Positions 50,301 through 61,568 of a stretch of DNA of 64,000 nucleotides are shown piece after piece. Within the stretch, counting starts at the first letter, position 1. Each line of letters begins with the position of its first letter. Made by a program: the position numbers and the translations under genes. Origin of the DNA: Laetmonice hystrix (lineage: Eukaryota); NCBI GenBank assembly GCA_965235115.1, contig OZ249436.1:47804001-47868000 (forward strand). Direction: 5' to 3'. The notes under the pieces were generated by a model. The model saw only the letters and a program-made list of their open reading frames with translations, did no database searches and had not been told where the DNA came from.

Positions 50301-53300
50301 GCTGGCAGATTGCACACACAGAGCAGTGCCAAAAAAAGTTAGAGCTATAAAGTTACTCTGCACGAAATTTGGTGGTAGATGTTATGATGTCAGAGGCGAT
50401 AAAGTTAATTTTAGCTCCGAACCCCCCCCTCCCGCCTGATTCCCGGACATGCTGCTATGACGATCTATTCCATGGAAGGACTATTCAACCAGGAAGTGTC
50501 CTCGATAAAGTACTTAAGCGGGGAACACACGTGACGCGATGCGACGCGATTATGAAATCTCCTTATGGTTTTCAGCGAGTGTGAACACACCTGAAGCTCC
50601 AGCGACACCTAGCTGAAAACCATTAGGAGATTTCATAATCGCGTCGCATCGCGTCACGTGTGTCTTTACCAATTAGTTACAGTCTAACAAGAAAATATTC
50701 TCAAGACAGAATAATAATGGAAAATATAAAAACTAATCTAAAAAGAGTCCCTGGAACTCACCAACAGCTTGACTGATGTGGTAGTTACGTCGTAGTTCCT
50801 GCCCTTTGACGTACGTCATGGAACACGTCATGGTCTGCAGAACATCGCCTTCGTCCAGACCCAGTAATTTCTGCCACCATGTGTCACATTTAATACACTG
50901 TAAAACTCTCTCAAACTCTCTCCGACATTTACCTACATCAGGGTCGATTTCTCACCAACGTACAGAATAGTTCCCTATATTTCCCAGTCTCCCAATGAAA
51001 TATATCTGACTCAATACTGTCGGAAACAGGAAAAAAAATATGGGTGGCAAATTGCTGCATGATAGTTCGTTCACTGGTAAAGGTCAAGTTTTATGGTAGC
51101 CCCCCCCCCCTCCGCACCCCCCCCCGAATATCCGTCCGACCAACTGATATCACTTCCCAAATTAGGACATCCCCATATCGGGAACATTTCCACAACACTG
51201 TTTCAATGGAGGGACGTTTTAGTAAGACACCCCACCACGGGGATATCCCTGATCAGATATGACAAAACTTGAGGCTTGGTCATTCTATATCTTGATGAAA
51301 GTTAAAAAATAATTCAACATACCGAGACGACTTTGATTTGAGCTGGATTTGTCACCTGGGCGTCACCATTCTCATTGGTTCCTAGTTCTATGTTACCTGT
51401 GTTGAGAGCCCCTGACAATACCGTAAACATTTGATCTTGTTCCTGAAACACACGCAGTTATCATGCCGAGTTTATAACGAACTGATCCATCAGGATGTCG
51501 GGATGGTCAAGGTTCAATGCTTTCAGAAGGTTTCCTCAGGGCAGATTAATACGTCTAAACTAGCAAAGGTATAGGTCGAGTTACAAGGGTAAACTTATCC
51601 CCCCTCCTACCATGACTTTGATATCCAATGATAGAGACAGCATGAACCAATATTTAAACCTGCTACTTAGGAAATATCATTTCATGCATATAATTTCAAC
51701 AGTCAATCAACTATCAGTACGCTCTCATTAAAATTGTTTTTTATATACATATATTTTTGCATTAAATGCCGATTTTAAAGAATATCTCAACCAAGTGTGT
51801 TTACATCATCTGTGAATCCCACAATGTCCATGGCAGTGACAAGTTCTTCATATTTCTCCTCTAGATTTTGTCTCGATGTCTGCAGACTGTTGCCGCCATC
51901 ATTTATGTACCTGCGATAGCAAATTCAATGTATGTCATCATATAGTCGTAGTTTACTGGCTACAGACTTAGAATATATGCCTACCTTAACGTCAGAAACT
52001 TGTAGTACAGGGCTTCCTCCATCATATCAAAATTAAGTAATTACCACCACACTACTGTTCACACGTGAGAGGCACACACACAACACTCTCAGAATCTGAA
52101 GAAGACATCCTTACTTGTATGTACTGGGATCCCCGAGGTGATATTTGTCGTGGAGTTCTGGGGGCAGACCCGCAAACATATAATAAAAAATGTGGAAATT
52201 CTCCTCTCCAGGGCTCTGCCGGACCACTCGGGACTTCTCTAGTAAGTACTCGGAAATCTTCGTTCCCATCACTGAAAATCATAAGTTATTTTATCCTTGT
52301 TAAACCATTTGGCAAAACTGAGAATAAGAAATATAGAAAAGGAAATAGTTTCAGATAGTTCAGTTATGGCATATCATATCATAACAAAAATGCTAATTTA
52401 AAATAAGCAAATTTTCTCGAAATCGGAAATTGCCTTAAGAGCCTATATAAGTAACGAATTTATGTGGCGTTACGGTAAGACCTACATATTGGCTTGTTAG
52501 AGTTTTTGACTGCATTCCCAGTGTAATCGGACACCTGAACTGTAGTTATACTCGCTTTGGAACTTTTTAAACTCCAAAAGCTCTTAAAGCAAGACCCCGT
52601 TACTTTTACTAATTATAATCTGTCAGTTTTAAATACATATTACGCATCACAGAATATGTGTTCACTTTATATAACGCGAGTAACCAAGGAAGATGTAAAC
52701 ACGGACCAAGGATGGTTTAGATTAATGAATTCTCAGTAAACAGACAAAGTCATACTTACCCTGGCCGTTCTTGAAGCGGAGCTGAATGTAGCGGCCAAAG
52801 CGACTCGAGTTATCGTTCATCACAGTTTGGGCGTTACCAAACGCCTCAAGTACAGGGTTGCACTAGAGGGACAGAATTAATATTTCATTTTCATATTTCT
52901 TATATGAAAAGACAACTCAGACAATTCAGTTTATCATTGTTTCCCCAAATGGCCTTCTTAGCTATTGAACCATCTTATAAAGAAACTGAAAAAAGAACGA
53001 AGGAAAGCCCGTTTTTTTCGATTTCAAGATTCCTTGTCGACACAGACCTGCGTATACGTTCATGATGACACTGGCCTGTCTTACTAAGAATGTCACTTCA
53101 CAAATCACGGACATCTCCATATTGGGGGGGGGGGGGGGCATCTCCCCCAACACTGTTTCAATGGGGGGTGGGGACTTTTTAGTAACATTATAAGACACCT
53201 CACAACGGAGCCTGATCTGGTTACTTTGGTGGAGATTTTCCTGAGTAAGACAGGTTCCTGGTGGCTGCTAATATCTCCACTAACACTCTACCAGGGCCTA

Positions 53301-56300
53301 TTACGCGAGTAAACGTCCGAGCTAAGAGATTTTTTTATGTGTATTCATTTTTCGCCTCATCGCCTTACCTTGCTGGATTCCGCCTCGTAGGCCGACTTAC
53401 CAGCAAACAAACATTGTCAAACATTTCATGTAGGTCCTATAATAAAGCCACTTAAGCGGCAGGCCTATACTGCATGATCCAGGGCAAGGAGAGGCCTCGA
53501 TCAAAACATGCTTCATGAATAGACCAAAATAACTGTGAAAGCCGCCCCTATTTGCATGGTCTATGGAAACCCTATTGTGTGGACACACCCCTGGACGATC
53601 CCCCAAGGATCCGCCCGCTTGTTGACAGGGTAGGGCCTATATGACTCTGTCACTGTATTCGTGAATCGGCCTTGCTTACTCTGCAGACACAAAACATAAC
53701 AGCATGGGTCATGGAGACGAGAAGGACGCATAGGTATAGTGTCAAAAAAGTGTGCCAAGAGGTCAGAAGTGGCATGCGTGACTGCTTCCTCTGACTGAAG
53801 TCGGGGGCACACGCTTCTGCTGTCCCAGCTTTCTAAACTCTACTTCTGTCATGACAATCATGATTCAGCCTTGACCTTGACAGGTGTGTCTACGGGCCAT
53901 GACGTAAGGTGGCGAGGACAAATACCGTAATCACGCTCGAGGAGGTTATGGCCAAGGACATAACAATCGACACTTGTACTAGGCCTACGAACTCCGCACC
54001 CCTCTTGGAAAAGGTGGTGGATAGGGGTTCAAAGCACACACACACCTTATTCATGAATAGGCCAGACAAACGAGAAATTTAAATAAAGCAGAACTTTTAA
54101 TTCTAACAGCGTTCAAGGACTCCCATTAGGCCTATATCTTGTAGAAAGCCTACAATGTTGTAGGATGGTAATTACAGCTCTCCAGACGTTTCAAGTAGGA
54201 TAACCCGGAACTGAAACTAAACCAGACTGACTTTCCAAACGCTATCGTGACACACTTGTTTCGTGATCACCAGTGTGCGGTAATTCCCAGGCAATAACTT
54301 ATTGACCTTCATGTGTCAGTCCTACAATAATTATTGCATATAGGTAATACAAAAACAGTATTTTCGCATGGCTACTTGCAGGAGCAGGAGATAGAGAAGT
54401 AAAAGTACCGTTACCCAAGGAACAGAACATAAGCTACCCCTATACATTGTACCCGGATTTAAAATCGGTGTGGCTGTTACAATGGAAGATAGAAAGCGTT
54501 GTTATGTCCGACTTGCGAGTGAAAATATATTTCCGAAAAGGTAAAATGTAAAAGCATTTCTCATACTTTCATCCTTCACAATATTTTTTTTGCGCACGTA
54601 CAAGGAAGAGACTGCATGTGTAATCTCAAAGAGTTAGCGCAATCTGGCATTGGCAGATCCCGTGGCCGGCGCGCACCCATAGGTGTAACCTCAGGTTTTT
54701 ACTCTTGCCCAGTGGTGGTTATAACCTCCCCCAGACAGAATCGTTTGGTGCACATCCCTTGGGTCCACCCGTGCCAGGATGAATAGCTCTGAACTTACCT
54801 GGAGGATTTGTTGTTCCAGGTAGGTGTTACCGTGGCATAGTTCGATCAACTGACGGATGATGAGTTTGGTGCTCTCGGTCTTACCTGCCCCAGACTCGCC
54901 GCTGCAAATACGAGCAAATGGTTTTTATAAAAATGGAGCGAGTTTTCGTAGATCTAAAGTTATTTATAAACAGAAGGAGCAATATTTGATTCTCACTGGT
55001 TCGGGTACACGCACTAGTGCATGTGTCATATGTGTGAAGGATAGAGAAGAGGAAGATGATGATGAAGAAGAAGAATAAAAAGTAGTAGAGGGTGTAGTAG
55101 AAGAAGTCGAAGAAGAAGAAGTAGAAGAAAGAAAGTAGAAGAAGTAGGAGAAGTTAAAGAGGTTTCGCACCTGATGAGAATGCACTGGTTTTTAGGTGTG
55201 TTGCCATAGCGACCTGCCATCCTTTGGAAGGATCGGTCTGCAACCGCAAAGATGTGAGGTGGCACTGTGGAGGCTGCCACGCCGTTGTACTTGGCCGAGG
55301 CCTGTAAATCAAGAAATCAAGAGGATATCAATCAATAAAATTGCAACAATTAACAGGGGCGGATCCAGGGCTGTTTCTTGACCGGTTTCCAAAAATGGGA
55401 CAATTTCTCTTCTATCAAGAATAAAAGAATGTGGTAAAGATGAATATATCTATAGACATAAAACCCTTTCGGATCCCCTCCTTACAATGACCATGAACCA
55501 CCAATGACTGGAGGCATTTCCAACCTTTTATTCATCCTGGTTAGGTACATAAGGCGGAAGCCGTTTTTAATGTAAGCCAGCAGGTAGGCCTAATAAACTG
55601 GCATTTCAATCACGGAGACACGTAGATATATAACTTAGCATACACTGAAACACATGTAACGCAAGACCGGAAGGAGGAGGACAAAGAACAAATTGGACAA
55701 CATAAACAGAGAAAATCAACAAATTTGGTCTTAAAGTCCAACAGACATCAAAATTAACATGAAATTTAGTGCAAGATCTTGATGATACATGTAATTTGTT
55801 GTTGTCTAACTTAAAGGAGCGGTTATTGTACAAGAACATGAACTGTGTGTAAGCTGTTTCGAAGACCAATTCCCCTGACGACGTCATCAGGGGCAATGGT
55901 AAAGAATAGGCGGGAGTGAAACTGTGAAGTGGCACGTGATTCGAATTTTCAATATTTTTCTAAATTGAGAGGACTTCTCAAAAAACCTATCAGTGACACG
56001 TCTACAACTCAAAGTGATCTATCTAGATCAGTAAAGTTACCTATGTGATGTCAGTTGCACTTTTAATGCTTCAAGGTTTACTTGCCACGATCTCCGAAAG
56101 GAGGGAGCGGGATTGAGACAACTGGTTCACTTTGATATAATCTTGATAAATTACTCATTCAGGTGTAGGCCTATACTTACGTTTTCATCATATATTCCGA
56201 GTGTCTTGTATGGGTTCACAGCCACCAATATGTCACCAACATATGTCTGAAACATCACCAAAAAATGTATCTAATCATAATCTGTATGCAATGATGGGCC

Positions 56301-58624
56301 AACTCCCCGAGCTGGGAAACATCACAACAAATGTATCTCATCATAATCTGTATGCAAGGATGGGCCAACTCCCCGAGCTGGGAAACATCACAAAAAATGT
56401 ATCTCATCATAATCTGTATGCAAGGATGGGCCAACTCCCCGAGCTAGGAAACATCACAACAAATATATCTCATCATAATCTGTATGCAAGGATGGGCCAA
56501 CTCCCCGAGCTGGGAAACATCACAAAAAATGTATCTCATCATAATCTGTATGCAAGGATGGGCCAACTTCCCGAGCTGGGAAACATCACAAAAAATGTAT
56601 CTCATCATAATCTGTATGCAAGGATGGGCCAACTCCCCGAGCTGGGAAACATCACAACAAATATATCTCATCATAATCTGTATGCGAGGATGGGCCAACT
56701 TCCCGAGCTGGGAAACATGACAAAAAATGTATCTTATCATAATCTGTATGCAAGGATGGGCCAACTCCCCGAGCTGGGAAACATCACAACAAAATGTATC
56801 TCATCATAATCTGTATGCAAGGATGGGCCAACTCCCCGAGCTGGGAAACATCACAACAAATATATCTCATCATAATCTGTATGCGAGGATGGGCCAACTT
56901 CCCGAGCTGGGAAACATGACAAAAAATGTATCTTATTATAATCTGTATGCGAGGATGGGCCAACTTCCCCAGCTGGGCAGTAAGGGCCGGGGCCTTGCCC
57001 CCCTGCCCCTTCAAGTTCTGGCGCATACGCAAAGTCGGATATCCGAGTATGAGTTCTACGATTCCAAAATGAAACCTGAAAAACTCTTACTTGTGCAACA
57101 GTGCATCCTCGTGATTCTAATGACACTATGACACGAGGAAAGCATCACGCAAACTAGTATAGGACTTCCAATATTCTTCCTGAATCTGATATATTAGGTT
57201 TTCAGAAGGGGCAACATTTCCTTAGGTGTCCAGCAAGAACACTATCCATATGATACAACCTATTCAATAAACCAACATACTAAATGCACGTTTTAAGACT
57301 CTTAGACGAAGAAAGTCCACATTGAAGTCTACAGCTGAAACATGTCGAAAGATTCATGTCGAATCAGGTTGACTGGTTGAGATATTCTCCTGACCTACCT
57401 ACCCACTGAGGCGTATCAAAGCTCATCCGTGCGTACTGACTGTCTATTGGAAGGAGGAAGAATATAATTCCTCTGCGACAAACCAGTGCCAAACTTTATG
57501 TAGGGCAACTTTTCATGCAGGCCAAGGTTGTTTGCTATAATATCTTGTCTACAAAGGTGGGCGAACTTCGTTTTATACGTACATATTTGGCTATGCTCGG
57601 GGTACTATAATAGTAGCCCCCTAGACATGAAATAAGGGAAAAGGGAAAGCATACAGATTGAGTAGTGGTCACATGGCCAGTCATCAAGACGGTCATTTTG
57701 ATGGTTGAAGAAAACCGAGGTAACAAAAGAAAGCCATCGCCCTGTAGGAACAAGTTCTTTGAAAATGGTTGAATCTGGTGGCCCCATTCATCGACATTCT
57801 AACGTATGAATTACGTGAACACAGTCATGTAGTAGATATTATATGCTACACAAACACGTCCTGTTCCTGGTACATCCCCCATGATAACTTAAAACCCAGA
57901 AAATCTGGTCAAAAATAACGATCCTTAACCCTGACCTTATGCCGAACCCCTAAACCCGGCCCCTACACTCCAAAGACATCCTATCCCTGTCCCTGACCTT
58001 AACCGGAACCAAAACTTTTGTCTGGAAGTTACGGGGAATAACCCTGTTCGGGCATATGTTGTTATTATTATTATATATATGAGATATAAGGACTTCGATC
58101 TTGCACTTGCAGCCTGCCCATATAGGCATGTAAACGTGATGAATCGCAGACACTAAATGGTTGCATATGTTTTGTGTGAACTTTTCAGGCAGGAAAAAAG
58201 AAGTAACGGGGGGGGGGGTGCAAACCTCAGTAACCCCCCCCCCCCCGATCCACCACTGGATTCGTACGTCATTATATATAACAGGACAATATTATGAGGG
58301 AGATGCGGGAGACTCTCTCTTTCGATTTTGGAGTCGTGGAGCTGCCCCCTCAGCCCTCACACGTTCGTGTTGTCAACGAAAGCCACAAGGACTAAGTATA
58401 GATTCGTCTCGATGTGAGCAGTCTACCTACCTCAGCTTGGTGACGACTGGTGCGGAACCAGTGCGACGTATCCATTGTACACACATTAACATATAGATCT
58501 ACAGAATACTCACATAGATTCGGTCTTTGCTGTAGCGAACTTTCAGCTCATTTAAAAGTATTTTCTCATCCAGTTGGGCCAAAGATGCCAAATCCGACAC
58601 CTCACCTACGGGAGGTCTATCCAT
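35344..58624 (-). CDS. Myo28: Unconventional myosin: kinase-less myosin-III-related motor + 1 IQ + SH2 + Pro/Tyr-rich tail (class XXVIII-type; likely auto-annotated as myosin-IIIb-like), ~1050 aa
   Basis: Exons: 58514-58624 (ACCATGG), 56181-56246, 55171-55301, 54799-54901 (P-loop GESGAGKT), 52760-52862 (NDNSSRFG), 52115-52271, 51805-51910, 51323-51442, 50762-50870, 49606-49826 (DIFGFE), 49026-49178, 48515-48631, 47483-47594, 47143(or 47155)-47216, 46644-46703, 46362-46481 (FIRCIKPN), 46030-46115, 43058-43153, 42659-42750 ([11 protein letters not shown]), 42046-42210 (IQ spans the junction: [13 protein letters not shown]), 41352-41425, 40933-41081, 40670-40759, 40188-40305, 39870-39989; less certain tail exons 39553-39573, 38525-38575, 35344-35571. 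All GT-AG and phase-consistent. Class assignment is inferred from architecture. Confidence 0.9.
36680..36847. repeat. 84-bp tandem duplication (2 near-identical copies)
   Basis: AAAACTG(G/A)AAGCTTCTCGAAACAGG...CGTGAAAACCTT twice. Confidence 0.9.
36985..37325. mobile_element. Kolobok-like MITE with TTAA TSD
   Basis: TTAA-AGGTGCTATTCGT...ACGAATAGCACCT-TTAA. Confidence 0.85.
37720..38165. repeat. Degenerate 17-bp CCCCATG-based repeat with a 51-bp higher-order unit
   Basis: TTACCCCATGCTTACA units, then (CCCCATGATTATATTGCCCTATGATTATATTTCCCCATGTTTAGATT..)x4. Confidence 0.9.
38374..38493. mobile_element. Small Harbinger-like MITE
   Basis: Imperfect TIRs GGCCGGGTCTTTTCAAACT / AGTTTACAAAACCGGGCC; internal CTTAAG palindromes. 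Confidence 0.6.
39870..40962 (-). other. SH2 domain of the myosin tail, spread over 4 exons
   Basis: [78 protein letters not shown]...LGEPCGQ...DYWDL; WFHG start, FLIRVSES with the pTyr-binding Arg, and a PCGQ..DY.DL end resembling SH2D4/HSH2D-type SH2 domains. Confidence 0.9.
40527..40650. repeat. 24-bp tandem repeat, 5 copies
   Basis: TAAAGAGTTAACTGATACAGGAAG units. Confidence 0.95.
41443..41759. repeat. ~40-bp minisatellite, ~8 copies
   Basis: TTAGATCATGTACTCATGGTCACAGCCAACAGGTAGAGCT units. Confidence 0.95.
41870..41977 (-). mobile_element. SINE fragment (V-domain-like core)
   Basis: GGTGGAGGAAACCGGAGTGTACGGGGAAAACCACCGACC..AAGTAACTGACAAAC; reverse-complement relative of 16245-16360. 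Confidence 0.6.
43160..44951. repeat. 67-bp minisatellite, ~27 copies
   Basis: CATCACACAGCAACACTGAATATTATCACTGTGACATTCCTGGAGGAGAGGACACACTATGACTACC. Confidence 0.97.
45036..45911. mobile_element. Possible old Kolobok-like element with GC-rich interior
   Basis: TTAA-AAGAAAAGACTA...TAGACTTCTCCT-TTAA (9/12 TIR match); interior ETS-like CACTTCCGG and CCAAT motifs. Confidence 0.4.
46802..46997. mobile_element. Harbinger-like MITE
   Basis: TIRs GGGTCTGATTCACTAAGGCG / CGCCTTAGTGGATCAGGCCC. Confidence 0.75.
47595..48325. repeat. ~54/60-bp minisatellite, ~12 copies plus decayed units
   Basis: CCTGGTA(CCGGTA)AATCACATTAGTCCATTGTATTTCTCAAATAATTAAACCAGGTA..A units. Confidence 0.95.
50525..50663. mobile_element. 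Hairpin MITE remnant
   Basis: ~52-bp inverted arms ACACACGTGACGCGATGCGACGCGATTATGAAATCTCCT..TGGTTTTCAGC. Confidence 0.8.
56247..56977. repeat. 66-bp minisatellite, 11 copies
   Basis: CTGGGAAACATCACAACAAATGTATCTCATCATAATCTGTATGCAAGGATGGGCCAACTCCCCGAG. Confidence 0.97.
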
Positions 58625-58689
58625 GGTAATTATAATAGTCTCTTGATAACTAATCCGTTTGGTGGTGGGGAAGGTAGTGACTGTCGTGC

Positions 58690-58860
58690 CGACTGCTGAG
58701 GTACTGATGTTCTACTCTATATGACCCGCACCGGCTTCCCTCTGCGATCTGCCGTGACGTCTTCCGTGTTTGGTTGGTCAGTTGTCTGGGACGAAACGTG
58801 CACTGGGCCGGATAAATAGGCTATATCTGTATGCCGATACACTCGTGACGCATAGACAGG
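58690..58860 (-). promoter_or_regulatory. Putative myosin promoter / 5' UTR region
   Basis: CpG-richer segment upstream of the Kozak ATG with CRE-like GTGACGTC (~58754) next to an ETS-like CTTCCG; in-frame TAG ~90 nt upstream of the ATG. Confidence 0.3.
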
Positions 58861-60206
58861 GAGTTCCTGTATTATGCCTGGGCTTACCGTTGTACATATA
58901 GGCTATGCGTATTTACATCAATTATACAGGGCATGAGAATACTCAATTCCTAGGCCAGTCAAATGGTAATAGCGTTTACTAAACTTTGTAGAAACTTGTG
59001 AGATGTTTCACACCTAAATGATCCATTGGCCTATATTATGTACATTATTTTAATATGCACTGCAAAAGGCATATATTAGGCCTATCTTATCCTAAATCGC
59101 CTTTGTACCGCATATTAATGTAGGCCTAGCATATTATAAGCGTGTTTTGTTTTTCTTTGGGGATGGGTGATGGCTAGACGGCCTATGTGAGAGGCTAGGT
59201 GATGGCAAACAAGTAGATCTATAGGCTAGGCCTACATGTTCCTAATAAATCTGTAGCTTCTCCCACCAAGGAAGCCACATTTAAAAACAAGTTTTTGATG
59301 AGGGTGAATAAAGAAGTCCCTTGTTTCAAGGAAAGCTAAATCATTGCCTATATCTGACGTCAGGCTTAGACTGCCTCATCATCGTTACAACCACAATTAA
59401 CTCTATTTGAAGTAAGCCTATATGATTCATCGTTCACACAATCTGAACGTTTTTAGTAAATTGATGCTATCTGAAGTTTCCACCCGGATCTTAAAGATGA
59501 CATCGCTATAAGTAACTCCGCTGAGGACCAAATCTACCCCCCCCCCTCCCCCACGGACCGCTGTCACGACCCACTTGGTGCAGGTCCACGACAACCAAGC
59601 CGGCTCGTGCTTTATGTTGTTGGCTCTGGCCGCCAGGGGACGCTGAGGCATACAGAGTTGTACCAGGGGTTTCCCAGCTATCAATGAGTTTCCATGGACA
59701 TACAAATACTTTTATTTAGATTGTGCGTCTGCCATGTCGGCCTACGGTAACCCTCTCCTTCGTCCTTAACGGTTTGGCACACCGCCTTTCTCCGGCTTTG
59801 AGATACGGGGCCTGCAGGCAAACGCATAGAATCTAAAGTACCTAGGATACGGAAGTCACGGCATTTGAATTTAGTATAAATTAGGGAAATTTAGCTGTCA
59901 TAATAATCGAGCCATGGGCCCCGATTAGGTCGAAGAAGTCGGAGATCGACGTCATCAGTGTCAGCCCAGCATGTCAGGAAGCTAAGGGCGGACCATTTGA
60001 TACCGTCCGGGGGGGGGGGGGGGGGGGGTAGGCCTATGGTTTAAACAAAATCATCTGTTCACCAAACACGGGGGGGGGGGACCATATGTAACAAGAAATC
60101 TGTTTCTAAAAAACAGGGTGTTGTTTTAATGGGTTACAAAATGGAACCTTCTAATTGGAGTTTAATACAAAGCTGTCTGAGAGATTTTATGACATGAGGT
60201 TGAAAG

Positions 60207-60514
60207 CAGACCTAGCAAGCGTGAGAATCTCCCACTTGAGGTAATCTCAAGCGGGAGATAAACGGTACCAGTGATCAAACGTCTTGTAAATAGGGCCGAC
60301 AATTAAGGTATTAATATTCTTATCCATAATATGAGGGGGCGCATGCAAAGATAGGCCAAAGAACGGCAGAGAGGCCACATGTGAGCACCATCAACTGTCT
60401 TTTTCTGCAAATGAATGCAGGCGGGAGATTTCAGAGGACAGTCGGGAGATCGGGAGAAAAGGGCAAATAACCTCGAAATTCGGGAGTTCTCCCGCGGGAG
60501 TTCTGGCAGGTCTG
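60207..60514. mobile_element. hAT-like MITE with 6-bp TSD
   Basis: TGAAAG-CAGACCTAGCA...TGGCAGGTCTG-TGAAAG; internal CGGGAG subrepeats. Superfamily is an inference. Confidence 0.75.
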
Positions 60515-61096
60515 TGAAAGTGTGTGAAAGCAAGACGTGCATTGATTGTAGCCCGAGCAAACTACGACTGTGCACATCGACTGACCATTTTACAGGTTTG
60601 TTAAGATTAATTTTTTTTTTCAAATCCTGCAGCCTTTGCTGCAGTGTCTTCGTACTACCATCAACTTGCCGGTTTACTGATTGGCCGTCGCTTGACCACG
60701 TTTGAATCTTTATTCTTTTGTGTTACGTTGTTGCGACATTTTTGCAATGTCTTTTATACAGATCACCGGTTTGATTTTTAATGCAGTTTTTCTCCTGGCC
60801 CTTCCCTCGGCCATATCTGGCTAATCTGTTTAATTTGGTGGCATCGTTTAACCATTTCACAGGTTTGATGTTTAACCTTTATTATATTTTGATGATACTG
60901 TACAAATAACAAACAGTAAAAAGCCGGTTAACTTCTTTATTAAAGTATTTTCTTCCCAGACTCAAATGTTAGGCGCCAACCTTCCGCACTAAAAACCAGG
61001 GATAAATCCTACTTATGCATGCAAAAACCCTGGAAAAGCGTAAAGGCAGCTGTAAAATCCAGACTATGGACAGCACAAGTCCGAATAAATGATATT

Positions 61097-61295
61097 TTAT
61101 GGAGAAGGGGTGGCGGTGGGCCGTTTCTCTTCCGAAGGTCTGTGAGACAGCGGACTTGTTTGTTGGTTGAAAGAGTGGTCGCCGTCCACACCTCGTGTGC
61201 GATAATCCTCGTGACCTTCGACATGTATGGCTGCTCCGACGGAAGGTGGCGTATATTGCAGCAAGTAGTCATGTGGCACCTCCCAGTCTTCAACA
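61097..61295 (-). CDS. Possible terminal coding exon of an upstream minus-strand gene (VEDWEVPHDYLLQYTPPSVG...RPTATPSP*)
   Basis: Acceptor ttttagttgcag at 61296, open frame to TAA at 61097, GC-richer than flanks, minus-strand AATAAA at ~60936 and ~60878. No partner exon found, no domain recognised. Confidence 0.3.
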
Positions 61296-61568
61296 CTGCA
61301 ACTAAAACTACTTGTTCAGTTAATCAATTTAATATATTATCTTCACATCCGTTCGTAAATATTAAATTATCAATGCAAACATACAAACAGTCAAACCTCA
61401 ACAGCAGTTTCAATGATTTAATACGATACCTATACATATTAATGTAATACTCAGTTGTTACTATGGCCTGCTCCCCTCATAGCCATCCAATCCACCAACG
61501 CCAGTTTAGTGATGGCGTTTTATATGGACTTCCTTGGTCTTTTTTTTCGTTGTTTTACTCGTCTCGTG

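Noticed and set aside
56201..57131. 202-aa and 134-aa repetitive plus-strand ORFs
   Set aside because: Product of a stop-free 66-bp unit; antisense to a myosin intron/exon.
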